Part shown: in pieces, positions 29,553 to 41,170 of the stretch
Numbering within the stretch: position 1 is the stretch's first letter
Layout of the letters: the number at the start of each line of letters is the position of its first letter
DNA from: Nibricoccus sp.
GTDB lineage: Bacteria; Verrucomicrobiota; Verrucomicrobiia; Opitutales; Opitutaceae
NCBI GenBank assembly: GCA_047602425.1
Contig: JASGHG010000001.1
Location: 4,544,001-4,608,000 of the forward strand
Length of the DNA: 64,000 bases
Direction of reading: 5' to 3'
Notes under the pieces: generated by a model
Told to the model about the DNA's origin: nothing
The model's database searches: none
Seen by the model: only the letters and a program-made list of their open reading frames with translations
Translations under genes and position numbers: made by a program

Positions 29553-30026
29553 GTGGGTTACGAAAAACATCTTTTGATTGATGGTTCCAACATCCTGCAT
29601 GCCTGGCCGGAGTTGCGTCTGCTTTTACGGCGGGAACGCGACGTGGCGCGGGAGAAATTGCTGCAGATTGTCCGCATTCTTCATGATGCGGAACAGGTGC
29701 GGCTAACGGTGGTTTTTGACGGACGTGGCAGCGAACTGGTCGTCGAGCATCCGGGTGATGCGACGACTTTTTCCCTGGTGTTCACACCAACCGGAATGAC
29801 GGCCGACGACGCCATTGAGCAACTGGTCGGAAAAGCCGCGGACGCTGCGGTGTGCCTGGTGGCAACCGATGATTGTGCAGAGCGGCAGACGATTGAGGCC
29901 GTGGGCGCCACTGGGCTATCCGCCGAGGAATTGCGGGCGTGGGTAACGCGAACTGAACAACATCAGCAAACGCAGCTTGCCAGCCAGCGGCGGAAGAACG
30001 AAACCATTTGGAAGAACAAAATATGA
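29553..30026 (+). CDS. NYN domain protein (YacP/Rae1-like RNase)
   Basis: Likely GTG 29553; LIDGSNIL, VVFDG, TADDAIE, VATDD. Confidence 0.85.
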   Translation: MGYEKHLLIDGSNILHAWPELRLLLRRERDVAREKLLQIVRILHDAEQVRLTVVFDGRGSELVVEHPGDATTFSLVFTPTGMTADDAIEQLVGKAADAAVCLVATDDCAERQTIEAVGATGLSAEELRAWVTRTEQHQQTQLASQRRKNETIWKNKI

Positions 30027-31279
30027 TCATGACTCAGCAGGGGGGTGGCGGTGGCGTGGCAGAAATTCAGGGCCTGTATGGTCCTTTTTCATTTCCGGAA
30101 AAATTGCTTCAGCAGATTTGGCTGCGTGGCGATTTTGACCAGGCGCGGGCTCGGACGACCGATGGACGTCCCGTCCGGGTTTTGCAGGTTGGACGTTGGA
30201 ACCGGTTGGGCGGCCCGGATTTTAAACAAGCGCGAATCGACATCGGCGGCGAAATCGTCTCGGGCGACGTGGAAATTCACCTACACGCAAGCGACTGGGC
30301 GGCGCACGGCCATTCGAGCGATCGAGGCTACGAACGTGTAGTGCTGCACGTGATACTTTTTCCAACCGATGAACTCGCAACCTTGGGTTGTGACGGCCAC
30401 AGGCTCCCGATTCTGCCATTGCTGCCATTGTTGAATCACGACTTGGAGGAATACGCAGCCGACGAAGCTATTGAACGATTGGCCGACCATCCCCTTGCAC
30501 AGGTGCGCAGTGAATTGCTTCAGATGGAACCAGCCCGCCTGCAACAGGAGTTGCAACGTCTTGCCGCGAGGCGCTGGGACCAAAAAGTGCACTTCGCAAA
30601 ATTGCGCGTGGGGCGACTCGGTTGGGACGCGGCCTGTCATCACACGGCATTGGAAATATTGGGTTACCGTTTCAATCGGGCTCCGATGCTCGCCGTGGCG
30701 ACCGCGTATCCGCTGGCCGAATGGGGGAGGGCGGACGCAAATTTTCTCAAAAACGTCCATGCTCGTTTCGACGACCGTTGGTACAAACAAAGTATTCGTC
30801 CGGCGAACCATCCCCGCGCTCGTCTACAACAATACGCTCAATGGGTGGCCGCGCGTCCCGACTGGCCTCAAAAATTACTGCGGCTCTCGGGCAAACTGCC
30901 ATCGTTGGAAATGGCGCACGCGTTTCAAACCGGCGCCGTCCGCCGGGCGCACCGGTGGCCCGAATTAACGAAGCAGCTCGTATCTCAGGTTTTCGGAGAT
31001 GCGGTCGGTGGCACGCGATTGAACACGCTGATCTGCGATGGCATGCTGCCGCTTCTCGCCAGTCAGCCGTCGGCCGTCGCTCTTTCCGGCCTTTGGTTTG
31101 CCTGGCCGCCGGGCGACATTCCGGCAAAATATGGCCGGACGCTTCGCGAATTGGGGATAGTTGACGCGCGTGTCCGACCGCTCAGTCATGGCGTCTTGCA
31201 AGGCCTCATTGGCTGGCTGCTCGCCAACGAATCGTCAGTCCAGCCCTCCTGCCCAACTCGGGACGGGAGCGGGGCTTGA
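30023..31279 (+). CDS. DUF2851-like family protein
   Basis: ATGA overlap with NYN gene; EKLLQQIW, GRWNRLGGPDF, GDVEIH, DWAAHGH, VVLHV, RPANHPRARL. Confidence 0.8.
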   Translation: MIMTQQGGGGGVAEIQGLYGPFSFPEKLLQQIWLRGDFDQARARTTDGRPVRVLQVGRWNRLGGPDFKQARIDIGGEIVSGDVEIHLHASDWAAHGHSSDRGYERVVLHVILFPTDELATLGCDGHRLPILPLLPLLNHDLEEYAADEAIERLADHPLAQVRSELLQMEPARLQQELQRLAARRWDQKVHFAKLRVGRLGWDAACHHTALEILGYRFNRAPMLAVATAYPLAEWGRADANFLKNVHARFDDRWYKQSIRPANHPRARLQQYAQWVAARPDWPQKLLRLSGKLPSLEMAHAFQTGAVRRAHRWPELTKQLVSQVFGDAVGGTRLNTLICDGMLPLLASQPSAVALSGLWFAWPPGDIPAKYGRTLRELGIVDARVRPLSHGVLQGLIGWLLANESSVQPSCPTRDGSGA

Positions 31280-31305
31280 CAACGCTTCCGGCCGAAAGCT
31301 AATTT
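31276..31305 (+). promoter_or_regulatory. Putative sigma70 promoter for the nusA operon
   Basis: TTGACA (31276-31281), 18 nt spacer, TAATTT (31300-31305). Confidence 0.5.
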
Positions 31306-31332
31306 GTCCGACTCACACAACGTTCACTTTCC

Positions 31333-31362
31333 AAAAGTGGGCCTCTGGCCCGCTTTTTTTTT
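31333..31362 (+). terminator. Leader hairpin/attenuator upstream of nusA (rimP-leader-like)
   Basis: AAAAGTGGGCC-TCT-GGCCCGCTTTTTTTTT hairpin with a long T tract, ending about 20 nt before the nusA start. Confidence 0.7.
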
Positions 31363-31383
31363 CCACATCATCCAAGCCTATTT

Positions 31384-32607
<1,224 letters not shown>

Positions 32608-32655
32608 CGCTTCAACCGCCGAACCTATCCGCAGCACCAACATCGCAAAGACTGA

Positions 32656-35178
32656 ATGAGCATCCGCATCCACGAACTCGCCAAGAAGATCGGTATGGAC
32701 AACAAGAAGTTGTTGGCCCTGCTGAAGGAGCGCAATTTTGCCGTTAAAAGCGTCTCCAGCACGATCGACCCGATCTCGGCCGAGGCGCTGACGCAAGAGT
32801 TCGCCAGTCAAAGCCAGCCGGCACCTGCGGCGGAAGCGGTCTCCTCTCCGGCGCCTGCTGCCGCCAAAATCACTCCGACTCCCGAAGCGCCGCCAACTTT
32901 CAAAACCACTTTGCCGTCAGGCCCGATGGTTAAGAGTGCGGCCGATATCGTACGCGAAAAGGAAGAAGCGGCCAAAGCCGCCGCAGCAGCGAAGGCCGCT
33001 GCCGCTCCCGCGTCCGCTCCAGCGCCTGTGGTCATCCCGTCGCGTCCAGCGGCTCCGGCTCCAGCCCGGCCCATCTCGGCGCCGCCGCCCCTGCCGGTCG
33101 CAAGCCGTCCATCACCCGTGGCCCCGCCGCCAGTCCGCCCATTACCTACGGCTCCTGTTTCGGCTCCGCGTCCGCCCGCACCTGTTTCCGCGCCGCCGCT
33201 GGTACCGCGCGCCCCTGTTTCGGCTCCGGCTCCTGCGCCGGCACCCGTCGCAAAGGCCCCGGTGGCTCCGCCGCCCGTGCCGGCCCGTGCCGCCCCGGCT
33301 GCTCCGGCACATGTTTCGGCGCCCGCCGCCGTGCCGGCCATTCCATCCGCCGCTGTGACAACCGCCCCAGTGGTCACGGTCGAGGGCGACGTCAAGATTA
33401 TCCATTTGAAACCGCCAATTGTGGTGCGTGATTTTGCCACCGCCCTTGGCATGAAGCCGTTCAAACTCATCTCCGAACTGATGGAGATGGGCATTTTCGC
33501 CTCGATGAATCAGAACATCGAGGAGAATGTCGCCAATAAGGTCGCCGAGAAACACGGTTTCCTCCTCGAAATCAAACACCGTGGCGATGCTGCTGCCCAA
33601 CAAGCCGCTGCCGCCAAGGAGAAGGAAAAGAAGAAGCCCGAGGAAGATGAAGCGAAAAACCTCGCGCCGCGTCCTCCGGTCGCCTGCATCCTCGGTCACG
33701 TTGACCACGGAAAAACTTCGCTTCTTGATGCGATCCGCAAGGCCAATGTCGCTGCGGGCGAGGCCGGCGGTATTACCCAGCATATCGGTGCTTACCAAGT
33801 TGAGGCCAATAGTCGCAAAATCACCTTCCTCGATACCCCGGGTCACGCCGCATTCAACAAAATGCGTGCCCGTGGCGCGAGCCTCACCGACATCGCAATT
33901 CTCGTGGTTGCGGCTGACGACGGTTTCATGCCGCAGACCGATGAGGCATTGAAGCATATTCAAAACGCCAAGGTCGCGCTGATCGTCGCCGTCAATAAGA
34001 TGGACGTTAAAGGCGCGAATCTCGACCAGGTGAAAGCGCAGATGCAGCAGCGCAACATTGCGCCCGAAGACTGGGGTGGCGAGACCATCGTGGTTCCCGT
34101 TTCCGCGATCAAGGGCACTGGTATTCCCGAACTACTGGAAATGATCCTTCTGCAGGCCGACGTCATGGAGTTGAAAGCCAACCCCAAAGCCGAAGCCAGC
34201 GGTATTATCATCGAATCGCAGATCGAGGTCGGACGCGGCCCGCTCGCGACCGTCATCGTGCAACGCGGCACACTCAAAGTCGGTGACGCGCTCATTTGCG
34301 GCGCCAACTGGTGCAAAGTTCGCGCGATGTTCGACGACAAGGGCAACAACGTCAAAGAGGCCACGCCCGCAACACCGGTGCGTGTCATCGGTTGGTCCGG
34401 CACGCCTGACAGCGGCGCCACTTTCAAAGCGGTCAAAAACGCCCGCGAGGCCGAAAACCTTGCGGAGGAAGAGCAGCAACGCCTCAAAAAAGAGGCCGCC
34501 ACCACGGCCGCCGCTCCCAAGGAAGTTTCGGTCGAAAGTCTTTTCGCCAACATCGCCGCCACGACCCAGAAGGTTCTCAAGGTCATCATCAAGACCGACG
34601 TGTTCGGATCGGCGGAAGCCGTACGCTCCGTGCTCGAGGGCATCAAGAGCACCAAGGTCTCCCTCGAAATCGTTTCAACCGATGTCGGCCTGGTCACGAA
34701 GAACGACGTTCTTATGGCGGGAGCGGCTGGTTCGGTGATTATCGGTTTCAACACCAAGCTCGAAAATGGCGTCACGCCGCTGGCGAAACATCATAATGTG
34801 CGCATTGAGACGTTCGACATCATCTACGAGTTGGGCGACAAGGTTCGCGAGATGATGGCCGACCTGCTCGATCCCGATCTCAAGGAAGTCAAACTCGGCG
34901 GCGCCGAGGTGCGCGCCACGTTCCCGCTGGCAAAGGGTTTTGTCGCCGGCTGTCTCGTCACCGAGGGCAAGGTTACCCGCAACTCGTCGGCCCGCGTCCG
35001 TCGCGGCAAGGAAGTTCTTTACGAGGGCAAGGTCGCCACGCTCAAACGTTTCAAGGACGACGCCAACGAAGTGCGCGCCGGACTCGAATGCGGTATCAAG
35101 CTTGACGACTTCAACGGCTACGAGGTTGGTGACGTCATCGAATCTTTCGAAATTCAGAAGGTCAGGGCTGCTCTGTAA
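32656..35178 (+). CDS. infB: Translation initiation factor IF-2
   Basis: [49 protein letters not shown]. Confidence 0.97.
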   Translation: MSIRIHELAKKIGMDNKKLLALLKERNFAVKSVSSTIDPISAEALTQEFASQSQPAPAAEAVSSPAPAAAKITPTPEAPPTFKTTLPSGPMVKSAADIVREKEEAAKAAAAAKAAAAPASAPAPVVIPSRPAAPAPARPISAPPPLPVASRPSPVAPPPVRPLPTAPVSAPRPPAPVSAPPLVPRAPVSAPAPAPAPVAKAPVAPPPVPARAAPAAPAHVSAPAAVPAIPSAAVTTAPVVTVEGDVKIIHLKPPIVVRDFATALGMKPFKLISELMEMGIFASMNQNIEENVANKVAEKHGFLLEIKHRGDAAAQQAAAAKEKEKKKPEEDEAKNLAPRPPVACILGHVDHGKTSLLDAIRKANVAAGEAGGITQHIGAYQVEANSRKITFLDTPGHAAFNKMRARGASLTDIAILVVAADDGFMPQTDEALKHIQNAKVALIVAVNKMDVKGANLDQVKAQMQQRNIAPEDWGGETIVVPVSAIKGTGIPELLEMILLQADVMELKANPKAEASGIIIESQIEVGRGPLATVIVQRGTLKVGDALICGANWCKVRAMFDDKGNNVKEATPATPVRVIGWSGTPDSGATFKAVKNAREAENLAEEEQQRLKKEAATTAAAPKEVSVESLFANIAATTQKVLKVIIKTDVFGSAEAVRSVLEGIKSTKVSLEIVSTDVGLVTKNDVLMAGAAGSVIIGFNTKLENGVTPLAKHHNVRIETFDIIYELGDKVREMMADLLDPDLKEVKLGGAEVRATFPLAKGFVAGCLVTEGKVTRNSSARVRRGKEVLYEGKVATLKRFKDDANEVRAGLECGIKLDDFNGYEVGDVIESFEIQKVRAAL

Positions 35179-35253
35179 TGTTTTGGTTCAGGATGTGAGG
35201 CGCCACAGGCTTCACGTCCTTGATTAAAGTAATTCCTCCAACGTTCCGCTCCC

Positions 35254-35655
35254 ATGTCCAATCGCACCATTCGCGTCAATGAGCTGATTCAACGCGAGCT
35301 GAGCGACATTCTGCACCGTCGCTATCAGAGCGAGGCGGTGGCGCTAACCATCACCGAGATCCGAGTGGCTCCTGACCTGCGTGACGCCCGGATTTTCGTT
35401 TCGATTTTCGGCAACGACGATTTTGTGGAGAAAAAACTCCGTTGGTTCCGCGCCATACTTCCGGATCTGCGCCTCGAACTGGGCCGCCGCATCGTGCTCA
35501 AGTTCATGCCGCGCTTCACGGTGGCGCTCGACAAATCCACGGCTCGCGGCAATCGCATCCTCGCGGCATTGGACGAGCTTGGCCCCGTCGAAACGACCGA
35601 GGACGCCGGGGAAAACGAATCATCTAGTACCGACAAGGAGAGCGGCAAGGACTGA
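35254..35655 (+). CDS. rbfA: Ribosome-binding factor A
   Basis: RTIRVNELIQRELS, VAPDLRDARIFVS; position after infB. Confidence 0.93.
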   Translation: MSNRTIRVNELIQRELSDILHRRYQSEAVALTITEIRVAPDLRDARIFVSIFGNDDFVEKKLRWFRAILPDLRLELGRRIVLKFMPRFTVALDKSTARGNRILAALDELGPVETTEDAGENESSSTDKESGKD

Positions 35656-35657
35656 TC

Positions 35658-36662
35658 ATGGACAAGTTTTTTCCCGAACTTTCCAAACGCTTCGCCAACC
35701 TGCTTCCCAATCTGGCAGGGAAAAAAATCGTGGTCATCGGGCACGCCCGTCCTGATGGCGATTGCATCGGTTCGCAAGTGGCGTTGGCCCGCGTGTTGCG
35801 CGCGCTTGGCCACGACGTCGTTTGCGTAAATCCCGACAAGGTTCCGCGTCGTCTCCAATTTTTAACTACAGACATGACCTTCCTGCGGGCCGATGAAGTG
35901 CCGGCGGGGGAATATTTGTCGATTTACTCCGATTGTGCCGATCAAGACCGCGCCGGAGAAAAAGTGAAAGCGCGTTTCCCGCGTGCCTACGTTAGCGTCG
36001 ATCATCATATTTCGAACACAGGTTTCGGCGCGGAAAACTTTGTCGATGTCGCATCGGCCGCCACCTGCGAGATCTTGGCTGGCATTTTTCTCGACAACAA
36101 ATTGCCGATCGATGCCCGGACCGCGCAAGCTCTGTTCGTTGGCATCATGACCGATACCGGCCAGTTCCGCTTCAATTCCACCACGCGCCGTACGTTTATG
36201 CTCGCCGCGGAGCTCGTCGAACTTGGCGCGAATCCCGCGGATGCCGGTGGCGAAATTTACGAGCGTGAATCGGCGGGCAAACTCCAGCTCGTGCAGCGTT
36301 TTCTCTCCTCGTTCAAAATGGAATGTGGCGGTCGCGTCTGCATTGGTATCTTGCCCGACGGCGTTTTTGCGGAGACCGACACTTCTCCGGAAGATACCGA
36401 AGGACTGGTCGATTACGCGCGGGCTATCGATGGTGTCGACATCGGCGTGCTCATTGAAGAACGCCCGGGTGTGATCAAGGCGAGTTTGCGGAGCAAGGAC
36501 CCACTTTACCGCGTTGACCAAGTGGCCGCGCAGTTCAACGGCGGCGGCCACGCCTGTGCGGCGGGGCTCAATATGAAAAATATCACGCTGGCGGAGTTTC
36601 GCCCGCGTTTGATCGCCGCCCTCGAGGCGCAGATTGCCCGGGTTTCCGAACCAAACGACTGA
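35658..36662 (+). CDS. nrnA: DHH/DHHA1 oligoribonuclease/pAp phosphatase (NrnA)
   Basis: [34 protein letters not shown]. Confidence 0.88.
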   Translation: MDKFFPELSKRFANLLPNLAGKKIVVIGHARPDGDCIGSQVALARVLRALGHDVVCVNPDKVPRRLQFLTTDMTFLRADEVPAGEYLSIYSDCADQDRAGEKVKARFPRAYVSVDHHISNTGFGAENFVDVASAATCEILAGIFLDNKLPIDARTAQALFVGIMTDTGQFRFNSTTRRTFMLAAELVELGANPADAGGEIYERESAGKLQLVQRFLSSFKMECGGRVCIGILPDGVFAETDTSPEDTEGLVDYARAIDGVDIGVLIEERPGVIKASLRSKDPLYRVDQVAAQFNGGGHACAAGLNMKNITLAEFRPRLIAALEAQIARVSEPND

Positions 36663-37387
36663 TGGTAATACCGCCCAAAGAACTTGATGGGGTGTTGCTG
36701 GTGGACAAACCCACCGACCACACCTCCCACGACGTCATCGCCCGCCTTCGAGGCAAATTGAAGATGAAGCGCATCGGACATGCCGGTACGCTCGATCCCA
36801 TGGCAACCGGAGTATTGGTGGTCCTCGTGGGCAAGGCCACACGCGCTTCTCAATACCTCATGAGCCTGGACAAGGAGTACACCGGTACGATCAAGCTCGG
36901 GCAGGTGACCAACACCCAGGACGCCGAGGGCGAGGTGCTCGAAACGCGGCCTGTTCCGGCGCTCACGGACGATCAAGTGCGCGCGGCGATGAAAGGTTTT
37001 GTCGGCGACCAGTATCAAACGCCGCCGATGTTTTCCGCGGTGAAAATTGATGGTGTGCCTCTCTACAAGATGGCTCGCAAAGGCGAGGAGATCGAACGTG
37101 AGCCGCGCTTCGTGCGCATCGCGAGCTTTGACGCGCCGCGCATCGCGCTGCCCGAAATCGATTTTGTCATGCGCTGCAGCAAGGGCACCTATGTCCGCAC
37201 GGTGGCGCACGATTTGGGTGCAAAGCTTGGTTGCGGTGGCCACCTTTCCGCGTTGCGTCGCACGGCCACCGGGAAATTTGTCGTTTCGCAATGCCTGACG
37301 CTCGACGCGATTCAGGCACTATCGCTGCCGGAAATTGAGAAACGACTTGTGCCGGTGCACGAGGCGGTGCCCAGTTTTGCGTTGTGA
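36662..37387 (+). CDS. truB: tRNA pseudouridine(55) synthase
   Basis: [37 protein letters not shown]. Confidence 0.96.
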   Translation: MVIPPKELDGVLLVDKPTDHTSHDVIARLRGKLKMKRIGHAGTLDPMATGVLVVLVGKATRASQYLMSLDKEYTGTIKLGQVTNTQDAEGEVLETRPVPALTDDQVRAAMKGFVGDQYQTPPMFSAVKIDGVPLYKMARKGEEIEREPRFVRIASFDAPRIALPEIDFVMRCSKGTYVRTVAHDLGAKLGCGGHLSALRRTATGKFVVSQCLTLDAIQALSLPEIEKRLVPVHEAVPSFAL

Positions 37388-38334
37388 ACGATAAATTCCA
37401 GTTGTTCGACGGACTCGAAAACGTGGATTTCCCGTCGCGTCCGTTGCATCTGGCGATTGGTATGTTCGACGGTGTCCATCTCGGCCATCGCGCGGTGATC
37501 GACGCGGCGGTGCAGTCTGCCCGGCGCTCCGGCGGACTCGCCGCGGTGCTAACCTTTTGGCCACACCCAAGCTCCGTTATGCGCCCTGACAGAGCCACGA
37601 AACTCATCATCAGCCCGGAGACCAAGGCGCATCTTCTCGCCGCTGCGGGAGTCGATGCGGTCATCTCGCAACGTTTCACGCCGGAATTTGCGCAGATCGA
37701 AGCGGAGTTTTTCCTGCCGCATTTGAAGAAATTTCTTCCGCGACTGGACACGATTTATGTCGGTGAAAACTGGCGCTTTGGCCGTGGTCGTCGCGGTGAT
37801 TTGGCGCTCTTGCTGGCCGAAGCCCGCAAATACGGCCTGACTGTTTTCAGTTCATCGCGCGTGCAGGAAAACGGCGAACCGATCAGTAGCACACGAGTGC
37901 GCGGTTGCTTGGAAGAAGGGCGAATTGAGGAAGCCAACTCGCTGCTCGGGTACACGTATTTTGCGGAAGGCCGTGTCCAGGCGGGTAAAAATCTTGGTCA
38001 GAAACTTGGTTTTCCGACGCTCAATCTCCCATGGGAGCCGGAACTGCGGCCGCAATTCGGCGTTTATGCGGTGCGTGTGACCGGCCCCAAGTCACCGCGC
38101 AGCCACGCCGGGGTGGCAAATTACGGTTTGCGTCCGACCGTGGAGCAAAGCGGACAACCCCGTTTGGAGGTGCATCTTTTCGGCTTATGCCCGTTCGACC
38201 ACGGGGACGAAATCAAGGTCGAGTGGCTTCGCTTTTTGCGGTCAGAGAAAAAGTTCGGAAGCATTGATGCCCTGAAGGCGCAAATCGCGGAAGACACGGC
38301 ATCGGCGAAGAAATTTTTCTCGGGGGAAGACTGA
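37384..38334 (+). CDS. ribF: Bifunctional riboflavin kinase/FAD synthetase
   Basis: [33 protein letters not shown]. Confidence 0.95.
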   Translation: MNDKFQLFDGLENVDFPSRPLHLAIGMFDGVHLGHRAVIDAAVQSARRSGGLAAVLTFWPHPSSVMRPDRATKLIISPETKAHLLAAAGVDAVISQRFTPEFAQIEAEFFLPHLKKFLPRLDTIYVGENWRFGRGRRGDLALLLAEARKYGLTVFSSSRVQENGEPISSTRVRGCLEEGRIEEANSLLGYTYFAEGRVQAGKNLGQKLGFPTLNLPWEPELRPQFGVYAVRVTGPKSPRSHAGVANYGLRPTVEQSGQPRLEVHLFGLCPFDHGDEIKVEWLRFLRSEKKFGSIDALKAQIAEDTASAKKFFSGED

Positions 38335-38390
38335 GATTTTTACTTGCGCACTACCGCCCGAGTCGTGCTTACTCCACGACTCTCAAATTT

Positions 38391-38467
38391 GGACCCTTAG
38401 CTCAGTTGGTTAGAGCGTTTCCTTGACATGGAAGAGGTCACTGGTTCGAGTCCAGTAGGGTCCACCA
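38391..38467 (+). tRNA. tRNA-Val (GAC)
   Basis: GGACCCT acceptor pairs with AGGGTCC; D-arm AGCTCAGTTGGTTAGAGC; anticodon loop TTGACAT; GGTTCGAGTCC T-arm; encoded CCA. Confidence 0.96.
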
Positions 38468-38475
38468 TTCTGGCT

Positions 38476-38510
38476 AAGCCGCTACAACATAATAGGTAGC
38501 GGCTTTTTTT
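38476..38510 (+). terminator. Rho-independent terminator after tRNA-Val
   Basis: AAGCCGCTAC / GTAGCGGCTT stem followed by a T run. Confidence 0.8.
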
Positions 38511-38575
38511 GTGCCCGGAAAAGGAAAGCGCGCTTTGGTCTGTCGTTTCTTGCGGGCGAAACTGGTTGCGTGAAA

Positions 38576-39832
38576 TTAGGGGCCGGCTTGTTCGAGAAGA
38601 TAGGCGCGAAGTGCGGGATCGTCGGTGAGGCTCGCGGTCCGCTCGAAGGCATTGCGAGCTTCGGTGTGCTGGCCGAGTCGGCGCAACAAGTGGGCGCGGG
38701 CGGCCCACCAGGGTTGGTAGTTTGCGGTATGAGTTGGAGAAATCGCGCTAAGTGCGGCCATGCCGGCGGCGACATCGCCGGTTTCCGCGAGCGCAACGGC
38801 GCGACCCACTTGGGAACCGATAGTAGGCACGAGGTGGACGAGGCCTTCGTAGAGCAGTGCGATTTCTTTCCAATCGATCAGGCCAGTCGTCGCGCGGTGC
38901 GCGTGGATCGATTGAATGGCGGCTTCAAGCTGATAGCGTCCCTGATGTTTGAACGACGATGCCTTACGCAAATGTTCTTCTGCCTCGCCGATCAACGGAC
39001 GCGACCAGCGGGCGGTGTCTTGTTGGTCGAGCGGCACGAAGCGCGCCTGAGCGACGGAGCCAGCGGCTTTGTTTTCGCCAGGGTCGCGGCGGGCCGGGCG
39101 GCGTGCTTCGCAGTGCAACATCAGCGCCAGCAAACCGAGGGCCTCGGGTTCATTGGGGACGAGTTCGACGAGCGTGCGTCCGAGTGCGACGGCTTCGCGG
39201 GCAAGGGCGTGAAGGGTCGAACCATCGTCAATCAGGCATTCCCAACCGGCGGTGTAAGCGGAATAAATGGCACCGAGCACGAAGGACGTGCGTTCGGTCC
39301 ATTCCGTCGGATCGGGCACGCGAAACGGAATACCGGCTTCGCGGATTTTGGTTTTTGCACGCACAAGCCGCTGTTCCATCGCTGAAGGTGAAACGAGAAA
39401 AGCTGACGCGATACGCGTCGCGTCGAGTCCGAGCACCGTCTGCAACATGAGCGGTGTGCGCACGGCGATGTCGATTGCCGGATGGGCGCAGACAAAGAGA
39501 AGTTTTAACCGCTCATCTGGAAAGATCGGTTCCATCGTCGCGACGTCTTCCGCTTCAGCGGCAAGTTGGAGGAATGGTTCGGCTTTTTTTCGTACTTGGC
39601 CATGACGCGCGGCGTCGATCAGGCGATTTCGCGCTGTGTGCAGCAGCCAGGCCTCGGGTTTTGCCGGAACGCCGTCCATCGGCCAACGGCGTAGCGCGGC
39701 GCCGAAAGCTTCGCTAAGCGCGTCTTCGGCGCCTGCAATATCGCCCGAACGCGCGGCGAGATAGGCGACGAGCCGTCCATAGGAATTGCGCGCGACGGCT
39801 TCGATGGCGGCGTGCGTGGCGGAGTCGCTCAT
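38576..39832 (-). CDS. ECF sigma-70 factor with C-terminal TPR-like extension (ECF42/DUF6596-like)
   Basis: AEDALSEAF, PEAWLLHTARNRLID, DERLKLLFVCAHPA, QRLVRAKTKI, GRYQLEAAI. Confidence 0.88.
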   Translation of the reverse strand: MSDSATHAAIEAVARNSYGRLVAYLAARSGDIAGAEDALSEAFGAALRRWPMDGVPAKPEAWLLHTARNRLIDAARHGQVRKKAEPFLQLAAEAEDVATMEPIFPDERLKLLFVCAHPAIDIAVRTPLMLQTVLGLDATRIASAFLVSPSAMEQRLVRAKTKIREAGIPFRVPDPTEWTERTSFVLGAIYSAYTAGWECLIDDGSTLHALAREAVALGRTLVELVPNEPEALGLLALMLHCEARRPARRDPGENKAAGSVAQARFVPLDQQDTARWSRPLIGEAEEHLRKASSFKHQGRYQLEAAIQSIHAHRATTGLIDWKEIALLYEGLVHLVPTIGSQVGRAVALAETGDVAAGMAALSAISPTHTANYQPWWAARAHLLRRLGQHTEARNAFERTASLTDDPALRAYLLEQAGP

Positions 39833-39838
39833 CGCGCG

Positions 39839-40201
39839 CTACTTGACGGCGCCGGTGGCGAAATAGGAACCACCGAGCGGCCGCACCTCGACCGCCGTGT
39901 GTGCCGCCGATGGGTTACGCGCGGCCCATTCCAGCGCGATATCGAGATTGGGCACATCAATCACGACGAAGCCGGCGAGGAACTCCTTCGTTTCGGCATA
40001 TGGGCCGTCTTGAACGTGTCGCTTTCCGTCGCGCACGGAAACGGTGGTGGTGTTCTGCGGCGATTCCAGTCCCGCGCCGGCAACGAAAATGCCTGCGGCT
40101 CGCAATGCCTCGCCATAAGCGCGACCCGCGGCGACGTCGGCCGGATTCTTCGGCGGGTCAAAGGATTCTTTGGAAAGGTGGGTGAGAAGAATGTATTTCA
40201 T
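39839..40201 (-). CDS. YciI/DGPF-family protein
   Basis: DGPYAETKEFLAGF, ALEWA, VEVRP; classic partner upstream of an ECF42-type sigma. Confidence 0.9.
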   Translation of the reverse strand: MKYILLTHLSKESFDPPKNPADVAAGRAYGEALRAAGIFVAGAGLESPQNTTTVSVRDGKRHVQDGPYAETKEFLAGFVVIDVPNLDIALEWAARNPSAAHTAVEVRPLGGSYFATGAVK

Positions 40202-40225
40202 GAAGTCGTAGACGGTAGATGATGG

Positions 40226-40798
40226 TTAGACTCGGAGCGAGCTACGGAAGCCCCGCCCGCTGTAGTAAGATTCAGCGCCGTTATGATAGACGAAAACGCG
40301 TCCGAAGCGTCGGTCGCCAAAGATGGCGCCTCCGAGTTTTCGAACCTCGTCGGGTGCCTTCAGCCAGCTCGACGACTTGGTATCGAAAGCGCCGAGTTTT
40401 TGCAGCGCGTGATATTGTTCCTCGGTCAAAAGTTCGACACCCATCGCCGACGCCATATCCATGGCGCTGTTTTTTGGCTTATGTTCTTTCCGGGAATCGA
40501 GGGCTTCGCGGTCGTAGCAAAGACTGGTCCGCCCCTTGGGGCTTTCGGGCGAACAATCGACAAAGATGTATTCACCCGTCTTTTGATCGTGGCCGATGAC
40601 ATCTGGTTCGCCACCGGTATTTTCCATTTCAGCCAGTGACCAAAGTTTCTCGGCATCGCCTTCCAGCCGGACTTTTACCTTGGACCATTCAAGGCCTTCG
40701 TGACGCTTCGTGTTTTTCTCGAAGCGGGCCTTCAGTATTCCGAGCAGTTCTTCGCGCTGTTCGGAGGATAGTGTTTTTTTAGTTTTAGCGGTTTTCAT
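40226..40798 (-). CDS. DUF4256-like domain protein
   Basis: Start ATG 40798; METGGEPD-like (MENTGGEPD), DCSPESPKGR, CYDREAL, YHNGAESYY. Confidence 0.8.
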   Translation of the reverse strand: MKTAKTKKTLSSEQREELLGILKARFEKNTKRHEGLEWSKVKVRLEGDAEKLWSLAEMENTGGEPDVIGHDQKTGEYIFVDCSPESPKGRTSLCYDREALDSRKEHKPKNSAMDMASAMGVELLTEEQYHALQKLGAFDTKSSSWLKAPDEVRKLGGAIFGDRRFGRVFVYHNGAESYYSGRGFRSSLRV

Positions 40799-40809
40799 CG
40801 GGGCGTTTT

Positions 40810-41034
40810 TTAAGGGTGGTTTTTTTGAGAAGTGGCTTTCGAAACCAGACGTCGAAGGGCATGGCCCTTCCACATCCAAAGCCCCGAAAGGACAATGAGG
40901 GGAACGAAGATAAACCGAACAACGGGAGCGTAATTTGGAATTTCTTCAAACGGACTATAAATATATCCGACGACGGGAACGCTGGAGACAATATGCAGCC
41001 AGCGCTGTACTAAACGTTGAGTGGTATCATTCAT
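40810..41034 (-). CDS. Small hypothetical membrane protein
   Basis: 74 aa, two hydrophobic segments, RWLHIV...GYIYSP...SGLWMWKG; co-oriented with the downstream genes. Confidence 0.7.
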   Translation of the reverse strand: MNDTTQRLVQRWLHIVSSVPVVGYIYSPFEEIPNYAPVVRFIFVPLIVLSGLWMWKGHALRRLVSKATSQKNHP

Positions 41035-41170
41035 GAGGAGTGTTTGGGATCGCGAGGTATTCGCAGCTTCACCTCAATGACGGGTGAGCGGGTGCCATTC
41101 CGACATTTCCGCGAATTTTTTTTCGACCGAAAAAGCGGTGAAACAGGCCGTCTTTAAGCGGAGCGCGGGC

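Noticed and set aside
32800..33380. Pro/Ala-rich repeats in infB
   Set aside because: Low-complexity IF2 N-terminal linkers are common; not a separate element.
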